Positions 1 to 12,578 are shown, counted from the stretch's first letter. The stretch: DNA of 64,000 bases from Eledone cirrhosa (GCA_964016885.1 OZ024741.1:211420001-211484000); one strand, 5' to 3'. A program made the numbers and translations. Notes: a model not told the origin generated them from the letters alone.

Positions 1-259
1 ATCCCAAATGCAGCACGACCAAATCAAGCTATTAAAATGACTTTCCGCTGTTCTATGTGACGCAACCCGCCTGCAGGTCATTGAAGAGAATGGATGTTAA
101 GCTTGAAGAAAAATTGGAGATTTGATCAAGTTATTTATTATAAAAGCTGACATGGTTCAACGTAAATATTCATTCCTAGTTTGTTAAAGATAAAGAATTA
201 AATTAGGTCAAACCTGTAATTTACAATTTAAAGATTATTATATATGCAATACATGCACC

Positions 260-299
<40 letters not shown>

Positions 300-377
300 T
301 GAAAAATGGCGAGCTGTGTTGTTGCAAATATGATATATATAATAAAATGTAGATTTAGAAATAGAAGCCAGGACTAT

Positions 378-417
<40 letters not shown>

Positions 418-424
<7 letters not shown>

Positions 425-1214
425 GAAACACACAGATACATGCGGACACACACATATACATGAATGCATCCACACCCAACCGTGAGTTAATGGTGCCAAC
501 CTTACCGATGTTGCTCAATGAATGACTGGGACAGACCAATCCGGTTGAACTAGACTGAACCAGTATCAGAGTTAATAATAGATTATGAAGAGAGAAGGAA
601 CATTTAGATATAATTAGTAATAAAATGTATCGCGTGACTATCTCCCCTATCAGTCTAGTTCAACCGGATTGGTCTGTCCCAGTCATTCATTGAGCAACAT
701 CGGTAAGGTTGGCATCATTAACTCACGGTTGGGTGTGGATGCATTCATGTATATGTGTGTGTCCGCATGTATCTGTGTGTTTCTAAATATATTGTTCATA
801 ACTCCCTCTGGTCGAGTAATCTTTGAAGTGTAGTGACTGCTGGAAAGCTGCCATTACTCATACTTCTCGCCTCCTTCACCACCTCTTCTACGGCTTCGAT
901 ATGAATACCCCCTCCGCCTCCGTGGTATTTTCTTCGGGGTTATAAGAGGCTTAGCTCTGTTTCTCGACCGTTATATCGCGTGACTATCTCCCCCTCCGCC
1001 TTTTGGGATTCTTTCTCACGTCGTGTAGACGCGTTCTTGAAGCTAGTAAAATGAGGTATCCTCTTGATAAGTCGGCAGACCTCGCGAGGACTCTATATCT
1101 TTATGATGTATTGTTTTTGTTTATGCCACGAAACTACGTAGTCGAGGAATCTAGGAGCAGTTTAGGTACGATACATTTTATTACTAATTATATCTAAATG
1201 TTCCTTCTCTCTTC

Positions 1215-1217
<3 letters not shown>
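418..1217 (+). mobile_element. Non-coding HHR-bearing retrozyme/PLE-derived element with a 5' inverted segment (418-628) and a direct segment (~651-1217)
   Basis: Near-identical to 8769-9558; 418-628 is the reverse complement of part of the same unit; (TA)n on both sides; contains an HHR. Confidence 0.75.
1058..1150 (+). ncRNA. Type I hammerhead ribozyme, U3-A8 variant
   Basis: ATCCTC-TTGATAA-GTcGGCA...TGCCAC-GAAA-CTACGTA-GTC-GAGGA; helix I TCCTC/GAGGA; palindromic helix III ACTACGTAGT; GUC site at 1141-1143. Confidence 0.8.
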
Positions 1218-1262
<45 letters not shown>

Positions 1263-1324
1263 ATATATATATATATATAATACGGAAAACGAAGAATCAG
1301 TGATGCATCGGAACACAATTTATT

Positions 1325-1417
1325 ACGTATTACAATTGTTTCTCCGGCGAACAGTTCGAGGTGCGATCTGTTTGTGGATCGAATCTGACTCTGGAGTCGC
1401 AAGTTCCTCAGATACGT
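1325..1417 (-). ncRNA. Type I hammerhead ribozyme
   Basis: Minus strand ACGTAT-CTGAGGA-(long branched helix II)-GAAAC AATT GTA-ATACGT; perfect 6-bp helix I; palindromic helix III ACAATTGT. Confidence 0.75.
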
Positions 1418-1547
1418 CTAGTGACTTCGAAGCAAATTCTCTTTCTTGTTCCGAACGATCATAGACTGCTCAACCGGCACACTGCCTATGGACGCATCCA
1501 AGAAACCATACTACACACACTCATATATATATATATATATATATTTA

Positions 1548-1737
1548 TAATTGTTTCTTTCTTCTGGCACAAGAGTAGCAAATACCCAGTGCATTACTGG
1601 TACTTTATTTTATCGACCCCGTAAGGATGAAAGGTAAAGTTAACCTCAGCGGGATTTGAACTCAGAATGGTAAGGGCCGTAACTCTATGCGTCAAAACAT
1701 GGCGTCCGACCCTCTACCGATACTGCCAATCCACCGT
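1548..1737 (-). mobile_element. tRNA-derived SINE family A (Meta-domain-like)
   Basis: A box TGGCAGTATCGG, B box GAGTTCAAATCC, body CCTTTCATCCTTACGGGGTCGATAAAATAAAGTACCAG; more than 20 copies in the window. Confidence 0.8.
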
Positions 1738-2021
1738 AAAGATATACGGAATGCCTGAAAACCAAACGGTGGCATGCTAATGTCTGGAAAAGCTCCCGTC
1801 TTCAACTGCCTATTCAAAGATGGCTGACCCTGGTATAAAGAGAAACATTTTTAGACGAGATGTTGAAGCTACAACTACTTCTCATTATCTTCCATTCCGT
1901 GTCGACGGTTGAAAACTTTAGTAACAAGAGTATACTACTTTCGAATTCCATGGAAGAAATGGATACAGAAAACAGGAAAAAAAGTCACAATACAAACGCT
2001 GTACTCAGAAACACTTCTATC

Positions 2022-2810
2022 TAAGGACTTTCCGCTCGGGATGGACAACTTCCAGAGGTCCCTGGCTTGGCGGTGCTACCGAGGAGCTCTACCCATTCGA
2101 GATAAGATCTACAGGCACGGACAACCCGGCAGGGATCCTTCCAAGAGGACGTGTCCAAGATGCGAGCATGACATTGAAACCGTCTTGCACGCAATTGTAC
2201 ACTGCCCGGGCGTAACTGACATGTGGAACTACGCAGAACAACTGCTGTCACTAATGGGGCAAATCCAGTTGAATGCCGTGACCATAGTAAGGATCAAACC
2301 GCCAACTTATTTCAAAAACGAAAGAGAGGCGGTTTACCTCTGCATAGTGGCTATGGTAAAAGAGGTTATATGGTGGACGAGATTGAAAGGACTGAGGACA
2401 GATGCCTTTCTCTCCGGACAACAACTCATTCCCTTTAGAAGGAGAATCAGAGTGGAGAGAGAGGCACTGCACCCCAGTAAATTTACTGAAAGATGGGTCA
2501 ATATGGCAAAAATGGCCCGAGTGATTGGGCCTTCTCTGTTTATAAGCCTGTATGTTAAAGAAGAGAGTAAAAGGAAGAAGAGCGCACTTGCATAACACGC
2601 TCCTGAAGTTGAGGGTTGTTCTATCGACGGGGTATTAAACAACCCACTTGTGGCGCCCCCCCCCCCCCATTGGGGATTTCGATTGTAAAATTTGTTTGTT
2701 TCAATAATTTTACACGACTGTATGTAAAATCATCGGCATGTGTCCTTGTTTTGTCCCCCTTTCTTGTTCGCCCTTGTGGCAAATAAAGAAACATATCTAT
2801 CTATCTATCT
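2022..2810 (+). mobile_element. Tx1/L1-clade LINE, 5'-truncated 3' fragment (C-terminal zinc-binding domain)
   Basis: LAWRCYRGALP...CPRC...ETVLHAIVHCP motif; close match to the 25020 and 27170 copies; ends AATAAAGAAA + (TATC)n. Confidence 0.85.
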
Positions 2811-3196
2811 TTCTACATACTTACCTGCCTACCTATCTATCTGTCTATCAGTCTGATACAATATAGCTTAATATAATATAGCATAATATAATAAAAATGT
2901 ATGTAACTATGTATGTATGTATGTATGTATGTATGTATAGATGGATGGATGTATTTATGTATGTATGTTCTTCTGGTTTTATAATTTCACAAATGTTTGC
3001 CAATAGAGAGAGTGTCAGTTTCTAACATAGACACAATACTCTCTCGTTGGAATTTACACAACATCAACTATGTAGATTATGTTTGCATGTCTGCATGTGT
3101 AGATATGGATGTTATTGTATGAGTGGATGTATATGATTTGAGATGTATGTGTGCATGTGCATATGCTTTGTATCTGTACATGTGTATAGGTAGTTA

Positions 3197-4565
3197 TTAG
3201 ATGCAAAATATTTGGAATGTTTTACATATTTTTACTGTTCCATTAATGGATTGTACTTGTAGTTTCCTAACTAGTTGTGTTCTCTCTGTTCCTGTGAAGC
3301 CTAGCTTCTCAAGATTTGTAGTGAGGCAGTTACTAACATACCCCAGTGCCCCAATAATCACAGGCATAAATCTGAAGGTGTAATCAGGGTGGAGTATCTG
3401 CAGATTTCTCATCAGTTCTGCATAAATATTCTCCTTTTCGCTAATCTTTGATATTATATTGGCATCTGCTGGGCAGCTAATTTCCACTACTGTGCATGCC
3501 TTCTTTTCCCTGTCCCATATCATAATATCTGGTCTGTTATGCCTGCATTTTATTGGGGTTTTTACTGGAACATTCCACCAGTACTCTTTCATATTATGTA
3601 CATGTATGTCTTCCACATTGCTGTAGATTTTAATGTGTTATCTTTTTTACGGATTGCATTGTACAGTGTTTTGGCCACTACATCATGCCTCATAGGTAGA
3701 TAGTACCGCGATGACATCTTTGGACAGCTGCTGATGACATGGTTGATATATTCGATGTTAGGTCTGCAGAGTCTGCAGAGTCTGCAGAGCCTGCATCCAT
3801 ATCTCTTTTGTGAATCAGGTATTTCGTGTTAATTTCCTGTTCTTGGATTGCAAAAGCGTATCCTTCAAAGCGGTTGTTGGTCCAAGATAGACTACTTTCC
3901 TTATCTATACTACTCTCACTCTGGACTTTCCTGACAACATATCCATGCATGATTTTTTGCTGATAAGCATGCAGGTTTTCATCCATGGATTCACTGCGAT
4001 ACAGCTGAGCGACTTCCCTGGGTATGAGTTTTTGATTATCACACAGGGAATATCTCTCGAGGAGTTCCTTCCCAACTCTCATGATCTTATCGGTTGCATG
4101 CAGATAAACTTGCTCGAGAGACGGGCTCCTACGCTTCGAGGTTCGTAGATGTTGTCGGAGGGATATGATGCGACATTCAAATGCTGTCTGGACTGATGTT
4201 AGGTTTCTGCCTCCCTGCTTACGTTTCAAGCAAAGGCGGTCTATGTCACTGTTGATGTGAAAGTTTCCGGTGGGGTTTAGAGACAGGATGAATAATATCA
4301 CAGAGAGACTGTCTCCCTGAAATATACACCTGCGATATTTTATTTTATCAGTGAAAATACAGTCCTCCCTCCATGTCTTTAACCTTAGGATAGTAGCCCG
4401 AGATGAAGACAGCTTCTCTATGGATAATAATGTCTGGGACTTTAGCAAGTTAGAGGGCCTCTATCATCCAAGAGTGGGGAACAGAATCTAAAGCTTTCCT
4501 GTAGTCCTGCCAGAGTGAAGCCATATTCCTCCTAAGTTGTCGCACCTCCGACATCGCAGTTTTGT
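3197..4565 (-). mobile_element. R4/Dong-like non-LTR retrotransposon remnant (RT + restriction-like endonuclease)
   Basis: IFQGDSLS, DIDRL..KRKQGGR, AIQEQEI.T and the PDIMIWD...VVEISCP...PVIIGALG RLE signature; frameshifted. Confidence 0.8.
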
Positions 4566-4568
4566 TGA

Positions 4569-5055
4569 TTAGGAGTTGTTCAGCACATCCCCATGGTGAA
4601 AGAGATAGTATGGTGGACACGTTTGAAAGGGCTGAAGACGAGCACTTACCTCTTCGGTGATGCCCTGATTGACTTTTTCAAATTTCATTTGAAAAGGAAA
4701 ATCAGAGTAGAGAGGGAAGTGCTCTCTTCCCAGCATTTTGTTGAAAGATGGGTGAGAGAAGCAAGAATGGCCCGAGTGAATGGGCCTACTCTGAGTATAT
4801 ATCTGTAAATTAAAGGTGGAAAACTGGGAAGGGCACTTGCCTTGGTGGTCAGGGTCATTGTGGCTTTTTACTGGGCTTTCTCCATAAATGTCCCCCCGAA
4901 GTCTCCCCTCTATTGGGGAATTTTTCATTGTTATTTCTTGTTACACCCTCTGTTTTTGTTTTTTACACGCAGAAATGCCCATTTGTACCGTCCTGTATTG
5001 TCTTGCACTGTCCTTAATGTCTACTTTATGTAAACCCTTGTGGTTAATAAAGAAA

Positions 5056-5090
<35 letters not shown>
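4569..5090 (+). mobile_element. Tx1/L1-clade LINE 3' end (second subfamily, (ATT)n tail)
   Basis: MVKEIVWWTRLKGL...RKIRVERE peptide homologous to the other copies; AATAAAGAAA + (ATT)n. Confidence 0.75.
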
Positions 5091-5249
5091 TTTTTTTTTT
5101 TTTTTCTTCTCGTGCAATGGCCATACTCGATAACGAGGGGGCAGCCATCATCATGTATGTATGTATATATGTATGTGTGTATATATATATGTATGTATAT
5201 ATGTATGTATGTATGTAAGTATGTATGTATATATGTATCTATGTATGTA

Positions 5250-5530
5250 GGTTAAGAGAGTGGGACTGGCTTTGTGCAGTGCCTTTGCTCACTATAAAAG
5301 CTTCACGGCACAGGCATTGCTTTATATCTGGAGATCTCTCTGCACTTGTCGTCACATGGTACCATGGCCTAGCACTATGTGTCAATAATTGTCACAAGTG
5401 TAGTGTTTGTACCAGAGTTTTCAAGTCACTGGCTGGACTAAAAAGTCACACTCGTTCAGCGCATCGGTAGGGGTTCTCCTACATGGATATAAAGTAGTGG
5501 CCGTACTCGAAAACGAGTTGGCAGCCACCA
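5250..5530 (+). mobile_element. RTE-like LINE 3' end with C2H2 zinc finger
   Basis: CSVCTRVFKSLAGLKSHTRSAHR* followed by a short 3' UTR and an (ATGT)n tail; related 3' terminus at 5110-5155. Confidence 0.55.
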
Positions 5531-6038
5531 TGTATGTAAGTATATATGTATATATGTATCTATGTGTGTATGAATGTATGTATGTATGTGTGTATGTATG
5601 GATGTATGAATGTATGTGTGTATGTATGAATGTATGTATGTATGTATGTATGTATGTATGAATGTATGAATGAATGTATGTGTGTATGTATGAATGTATG
5701 TATACACAATCTTAGACGTAATATTACCCCAAATTTTAAAACTTACCCTCAACCCCACTCTAACCCTAACTTTAAATACAAACTTAACTGGAATTTTAGT
5801 CTTTATTCTTATATATATTTATACATTTTTATTGATTACCTTTTTCATGACACTTAAAATGTAATGTTTTCTGTATGTCCTTGCCTCAGTCAACCGTGTT
5901 ATTTATTCTATGTGACATTTTCCTAGCTCCAAGTATATAAGTCATCTTCTACCATTTCTCCTACTCATACGTGTGACTTTTTTTTACTGTGAATTAACAT
6001 CTCATACTCCACTGATTATATTATAATTGGATACGCTA

Positions 6039-6580
6039 TTCTTCTTCTTCTTCTTCTTCTTCTTCTTCTTCTTCTTCTTCTTCTTCTTCTTCTTCTTCTT
6101 CTTCTTCTTCTTCTTCTTCTTCTTCTTCTTCTTCTTCTTCCTCATCACCCCACCCTTGATCCTGGGAGAGCTGTGGGGACAGAGTCCTAAAAAAATACAC
6201 CTTTCAGCGGGTCCTGGCAGAAAATACCTTCTCCAATTGATTCGGTTGGATCTCCAAACGAGACCAGCTAAGGTGATGGGTGTTACCCAACTATCTTGTT
6301 TCTGGTCGACATCTGGTTTTGAAGGTAATATCTGGCCAACGATCTTTCCTTAGACAATATGACTACATGTCTGAAGTGGCTCTAACTTGAGTCACCGTAT
6401 AGAATAACGATGCTCCAAAGATCCTACGGGGAACACCATTTCAGCCGCATGTATTCGGGTTCGTATTCTCTCAGTCATTACACCAGCTTCACAACCATAT
6501 CTAAGGGTAGGTAAGAACACTGAACTGAAGATAGCGAGTTTGGCTTTTACACATACATCGCTTCTGCTATTCTTCCTTTA
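6039..6580 (-). mobile_element. Degenerate RTE-type LINE 3' fragment with (GAA)n tail
   Basis: Minus-strand KLAIFSSVFLPTLRYGCEA...RIHAAEM motif; (TTC)n at 6039-6140. Confidence 0.6.
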
Positions 6581-7192
6581 AAATATTCGATTCTCTGTCT
6601 GTATCTAGAGAAATTATTGCAACGGTGTACAATACAACATGTTATACAACATGTTAGAATGCAATTATAAACTTATAAACTCGTATATCAGTAAATCCTA
6701 TTGCATATAGATCAGAACATTTCATGTATTTATGTTTATAATTCATCTATAAAATGTTGGCTTTCAGTAAAACAATAAAATTGTGTTAGTTTATGTAACC
6801 TCTATACTAATAATTTTACTGGATTTCTGTCCATCTCACTCACCTACGCTGCGCTCTCACTCACAAAAACCAACGAAAACAAAACGATGTAAAAATCTTT
6901 GCAAGTTTCATATAAAATCTGAAATGTAATAATTCTTCTATAATACCTACTCTGTCAACAGTGTTGCCTAACTATAGGCATCTTTCTATATATCTCTAAG
7001 TATAAGATGACACACACATGCACACACACAGAGGCACACACTCACACACACACACACACATATATCAATATAAATATAAATATAAATATAAATATAAATA
7101 TATACAAATAAATATATGAATGTATATATTTGAATAAAAAAATATATAAAGAAACATATGAAGAATACATATATATATATATGTAATATATG

Positions 7193-7269
<77 letters not shown>

Positions 7270-7334
7270 AACTTATATATATATATATATACATAAACAT
7301 ATAAATATATATGAAAAAAAAAAAAATTAATATA

Positions 7335-7389
<55 letters not shown>

Positions 7390-7666
7390 GTATACATATA
7401 TACATATATATAAAACAAAATCCATAAACATAGTTTTGTTACAATTTGGTAAAGAAACGGAATATTCTGTTCGTAAAACAATAAGTTATATGATATGATA
7501 ATATAAATTTACCTTCCATGTTATCAGTTATAAATATATAGTTTCAGTTTTTTATTTCATTTTATGCAATATTGGACAATTTAGAAATATGTATAATAAT
7601 TATATGTATTATACATATTTCTATATCTTACTCTCTCCTCCTAAAACATTCTTATGAAATACTGAG

Positions 7667-7722
<56 letters not shown>

Positions 7723-7752
7723 CATACTTACACACACACACATATATATATA

Positions 7753-7940
7753 TAACAAAGAAAGTGTGGTAAGGAACAAGGTGGACCATAACGCACCAGA
7801 GTACTCGATACTTAGGGTAGTAGAGTGGGTGATAAGAAATGAGTCAGTACGCCGACGGCTGGGCTCCGGCCCTTTCGACAGCTAGATCTAGCTGTCGAAA
7901 CGGCCGGAGCACAGCCGTCAGTGTCCTAACTCTTTTCCTA
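7753..7940. mobile_element. Fold-back half-hammerhead module, family F (copy 1)
   Basis: Imperfect palindrome 7854-7919 containing GAAACGGC...GCCGTC; homologous to the 11631 and 33419 modules. Confidence 0.6.
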
Positions 7941-7954
7941 CACACACACGCACG

Positions 7955-8028
<74 letters not shown>

Positions 8029-8707
8029 TATATATATATATATAAATGAAAAAAAAAAACAATGTTGTGTCTCATCGAGGCGAAGGGAGAGTGTATTTGG
8101 ATACATATAAAAATGAGAAAAGTCACCGCTAGAACAGCCGTTTTAAACAGCTAAATGCTATTAAAGACAGCAATGGCCAAACATGCCTCTCCATTCTGTC
8201 TGCCGGGGCTGTGGGGGAGGCCATCAGTGTGGTTGACTGACTTGTCATTTTATCATGTACTGCCTCTGGTGGCGGGGTGATTTTGAAGAAACCATTGAAA
8301 ATATAAATATTATTTCGTATTCAAATGTAACAACAACAAAAGAATCTTTCTGCTGGTAAAACAAACAGCACAGATAGAAGGACAAAAAGACAAAGAGGAG
8401 AAAATAACGGGATAGTGGACCTGAAGCTGTGGTATCTGTCCTAAATAGAAAGCTAAAATATGTATATATATTTATATTGGTTAGTTCTTCAACTAACATA
8501 CTAACATACTACTAATTCTGAATAAAATTATTATTGCTTTTGAAAACAGGTGGTGATATGCATGTAAGTAAATATTCTCTTCATCTGATATTTTGTAACT
8601 AACCTTACATAGATCAATAACGATGTATAGCTACAATATACTATCATCATCTAGAAACGATCGTAAAGCAGTGAAGTATATCTCTAATGACTTGATTTTT
8701 TATTTAA

Positions 8708-8773
<66 letters not shown>

Positions 8774-8808
8774 CGTGTAGACGCGTTCTTGAAGCTATAA
8801 AATGAGGT

Positions 8809-8900
8809 ATCCTCTTGATACGTCGGCAGACCTCGCAAGGGCTCTATATCTTTATGATGTACTGTTTTGGTTTATGCCACGAAACTACGTAGTCGAGGAA
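8809..8900 (+). ncRNA. Hammerhead ribozyme (U3-A8 family, with A9>C substitution)
   Basis: TCCTC-TTGATAC...GAAACTACGTAGTC-GAGGA. Confidence 0.65.
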
Positions 8901-9398
8901 TCTAGGAGCAGTTTAGGTATGATACATTTTATTACTAATTATATCTAAATGTTCCTTCTCTCTTCATAATGTATTTTTAACTCTGATACTGGTTCAGTCT
9001 GGTTCAACCGGATTGGTCTGTCCCGGTCATTCATTGAGCAACATCGGTAGGGTTGGTACCATTGACTCACGGTTGGATGTGGATGCATTCATGTATATGT
9101 GTGTCCGCATGTATCTGTGTGTTTCTAAATATATTGTTCATAACTCCCTCTGGTCGTGTAATCTTTGAAGTGTAGTGACTGCTGGAAAGCTGCCATTACT
9201 CATACTTCTCGCCTCCTTTACCACCTCTTCTACGGCTTCGATATAAATACCCCCTCCGCCTCCGTGGTATTTTCTTCGAGGTTATAGGAGGCTTAGCTCT
9301 GTTTCTCGACCGTTATATCGCGTGACTATCTCCCCCTCCGCCTTTTGGGATTCTTTCTCACGTCGTGTAGACGCGTTCTTGAAGCTATAAAATGAGGT

Positions 9399-9490
9399 AT
9401 CCTCTTGATAAGTCGGCAGACCTCGCAAGGGCTCTATATCTTTATGATGTACTGTTTTTGTTTATGCCACGAAACTACGTAGTCGAGGAA
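9399..9490 (+). ncRNA. Hammerhead ribozyme (U3-A8 family)
   Basis: TCCTC-TTGATAA-GTcGGCA...TGCCAC-GAAACTACGTAGTC-GAGGA. Confidence 0.8.
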
Positions 9491-9606
9491 TCTAGGAGCA
9501 GTTTAGGTATGATACATTTTATTACTAATTATATCTAAATGTTCCTTCTCTCTTCATATATATACGATATTAAATAAATGGAAACTATATTTATAAAACC
9601 ATATCT

Positions 9607-9670
9607 ATTTCATTATATATATTTCAGGGATATCATATTAACAATATGTTATGCCTTCCTCAGACAAAAT
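9607..9670 (-). ncRNA. Type I hammerhead ribozyme (inverted copy of 9769-9832)
   Basis: Reverse complement of the 9769-9832 motif. Confidence 0.7.
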
Positions 9671-9768
9671 ACAATATAGACAGTTTTATAGATAAATAGA
9701 TTTGACATACCGTTCAACATCGACTTGTTAATGTCAAATCTATTTATCTATAAAACTGTCTATATTGT

Positions 9769-9832
9769 ATTTTGTCTGAGGAAGGCATACCATATTGTTA
9801 ATATGATATCCCTGAAATATATATAATGAAAT
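9769..9832 (+). ncRNA. Type I hammerhead ribozyme
   Basis: ATTTTGT-CTGAGGA-AGGcATAcCATATT gtt AATATGaTATcCCT-GAAA TATATA TA-ATGAAAT; helix I with G.U pairs; palindromic helix III ATATATAT. Confidence 0.75.
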
Positions 9833-9962
9833 AGATATGGTTTTATAAATATAGTTTCCATTTATTTAATATCGTAAATATACTCCAAATACTTGTTGAG
9901 TGTTTTTATATCAGTTATAAATATTTACTAGTTGTAACCCAACAATTTAAATATAACTTTCC

Positions 9963-10014
<52 letters not shown>

Positions 10015-10217
10015 TAAAATAACAGATTAAAGTTGAAGCAAAGAATCGCTGTTTTCACCCTTAATGGAATCTTCTGAAACTAAAAAAACTCAAACGGTGA
10101 AATATTTTCTCTATGGTTCTTATATGTTTGATATATATTTATACTTATCAAGCCCTCTTTGGATTTTAGTCTTCACCTTTATTATTATTACTATATAGAT
10201 ATATATCTAAAGTCTGT

Positions 10218-10440
10218 CTTAAGCCAGAAGGCTTATTTGGCCGGTGCTTATCCCGGTGCTTTCATGGCGTGAAGCGACTGAGAGTACAAGACTTCCCCCT
10301 GGACAGGACGCCAGTCTATCACCGGAACTCATTTTCAGATGAGTATACTGGAGCAACGTGAAATGATGTGTTTTTCTCAAGAACACAACACACAACACGC
10401 ATGCCAGGAATTGAACCCACGAGGCTATGTGCCTCCACAT
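10218..10440 (-). mobile_element. tRNA-derived SINE family B (CORE-like)
   Basis: GGGTTCAATTCC B box and CTTGAGAAAAACACATCATTTCACGTTGCTCCAG core shared with the other copies. Confidence 0.6.
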
Positions 10441-10553
10441 ATATATACATACCTATATGTATATATATTCATATAAATAAATATATATATATGTATATAA
10501 AGAGTTCAACACATGTAAAAGTCATTTCTATATATAAAATATAGATTCCTATA

Positions 10554-10906
10554 CAGTTGTATTCCTGGGTGCTACGTTCTAGAGCACCTGCGAAGAGTGA
10601 AAATCGTGAATATTGGACGTGGTCCATAAAAAACACTTAAAAACATCAAAATATAACGTAAAATATAATTTTAAAAAAGGAGCGTCTTATGCGAAGGGAC
10701 GTCCAATAGGCCGGAAAGTACCGTATATTGTTATTAATAATTTATCGTTAAAAAATATATATTGTCACGATAAATGACATAAAATACATCGCGGAAGATA
10801 TTTACGATTCCGCGAATATTCGGTGAGTTTTCACGAACAATTATTTGTTAGGTTCTAATGAAAATTCGATGAATAACCGGGACCTCGAATAATGGGGGCT
10901 ACACTG
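10554..10906. mobile_element. Tc1/pogo (Tigger-like) MITE, degenerate
   Basis: TA-CAGT...ACTG-TA ends; homologous to 21573-21915. Confidence 0.55.
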
Positions 10907-11007
10907 TATTATTAATGTATTGAGTACCTTTTTAAACAGTCGTTTCACCCGACAAAACTAGGCAATCCACACGCACACGCACACACACATATATATATAT
11001 ATATATG

Positions 11008-11106
<99 letters not shown>

Positions 11107-11204
11107 GTGGTAGAACACTGGAAGGTAATATACGTAGTGGTAGACCACTCAGTCCATGGGACGAGTTAGGTAGAAGTAGTTACACAACAGTTAGTTCCCC
11201 ATAC

Positions 11205-11242
11205 CGAGAACAATTATTTCACCTTAGCGGATCCTCAGCTCG
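11205..11242 (-). ncRNA. Minimal hammerhead ribozyme, family D
   Basis: Minus strand CGAG-CTGAGGA-tCC gctaa GGt-GAAAT AATT GTT-CTCG; module 11107-11245 is homologous to 15955-16090. Confidence 0.65.
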
Positions 11243-11449
11243 CAATATATATATCCAACCGTTGTCAACATAAATGGATCTGATATTTTTACCTATAGAC
11301 ATTTTTTCCAATTCCATTCCGCCCGTCCCCTCAATCTATTTTATTTCTCATTCTTCTGATGAAGGAATAACGTTTATCCCGGGTTCAATCGGGGCTAACC
11401 ACAGTAAGTAAGGCACTCAATACATAGCAGAGTATAAATATTTAATAAA

Positions 11450-11548
11450 GAAATGACTTCTGCAGGACTAAAACTGTTTCATTCGGGAGAAATCCTCAAG
11501 TTCATTTTTTTCCGAATGAAACAGTTCAAGTCCTGTAGAAGCCATTTC
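11450..11548. repeat. Fold-back with degenerate HHR, family E
   Basis: Arms 11450-11489 and 11510-11548; minus strand TTGAGGA-tTTC..GAAt-GAAACAG..CTG; homologous to 55240-55438. Confidence 0.6.
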
Positions 11549-11630
11549 TATAAATATGATATACTAGTTGGCTCGTCCGGCTGTCGCCCGGCTACCATTG
11601 ACGTGTTCTACGGCATCTATATATATATAT

Positions 11631-11835
11631 ATAGGAACAAGTATGACTCCGACAGCAGAGCTCAAGCCGTTTCGACGGCTATTTCTGGACTGAGATGGAG
11701 ACCAGAAATAGCCGTCGAAACGGCTTGAGCTCTGCCGTCGGGGTCATACTTGTTCCTATTACCCACTCTACTACCTTAAGTGTTGAGTACTTTGGTGCGT
11801 TATGGTCCATCCGGTTCCTTACCACAATTCCTTCG

Positions 11836-11838
<3 letters not shown>
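11631..11838. mobile_element. Fold-back half-hammerhead module, family F (copy 2)
   Basis: Arms 11631-11688 and 11702-11759; GAAACGGC ttgagctct GCCGTC; (TA)n flanks. Confidence 0.65.
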
Positions 11839-11875
<37 letters not shown>

Positions 11876-12193
11876 TTAAAAGTTGGTTAGAAGCGAAGTC
11901 AATGCAGACAGGCAACCAGACAGAGGGATATTGTAAGGGCGCGACGTTATAGCTATGCATCTATCTAAAAAGATAGACTAAAAAAGAGAGAGGAATGTCG
12001 TATTATATATATTATATATAATAAAGTACCAGTAATGAACTGGGATAATTGCTGGCCTTGTGCCAAAAGTAGAAACAATTATACTTCTTTTTTATACAAC
12101 TGCAAATAACATGTTTATGTATGTATATATACGTATAAAGGAATACTGTAATAAAATGTACAAATTAAACTGTCTCTTATTTACGATAATAAC

Positions 12194-12248
<55 letters not shown>

Positions 12249-12500
12249 GCACGGTATAGAAAACATTGTCGCAAGAAGCCAACAGTATTCCATAATATAT
12301 AAGTGACTATAGCGTCAAAATGGGAAAAATAGTTAACGTAAGGTGTGGGAAAAATAATTCAAACTCATCTCAAAGAGAATCAGGATATAGATTCATCCAC
12401 AGAATTTAGTGAAATCCAGGGAAAAATCAATAGAGCCTTAACTCATGATAAAATAAAGTTTAAAATACTCATCCTTCAATTTGGAAAAAAACTTCAAATA

Positions 12501-12578
12501 CTCTGTATAGTCTTAAAGACTATTTCACGAAAACTTTCAGTGGAGATGGTCACGGTTGGAATCCGATCCTCAGCAGAG
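12501..12578 (-). ncRNA. Type I hammerhead ribozyme
   Basis: Minus strand CTCTG-CTGAGGA-tCGGA...TTCGt-GAAA TAGTC tttaa GACTA TA-CAGAG; perfect helices I and III. Confidence 0.8.

Larger units (their letters stand above)
8769..9558 (+). mobile_element. Non-coding tandem HHR element, 590-bp period, ~1.3 units (retrozyme-like)
   Basis: 8771.. repeats at 9361..; HHRs at 8809-8900 and 9399-9490; no substantial ORF; (TA)n flanks. Confidence 0.8.
9563..9876. repeat. Near-perfect inverted repeat (~146-bp arms, 22-bp spacer), each arm carrying an HHR
   Basis: 9563-9708 is the reverse complement of 9731-9876. Confidence 0.9.

Noticed and set aside
1860-2024. Short ORF MLKLQLLLIIFHSVST... resembling a signal peptide
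   Set aside because: About 54 codons, ends at the LINE junction, with no homology or splice support
1909-2595. 228-aa ORF as a host gene
   Set aside because: Chimera of flanking DNA and a Tx1 LINE C-terminus
10020-10082. Minus-strand CAGAAGA-ttcc attaa gggt-GAAA motif
   Set aside because: Core mutated and helix I unsupported
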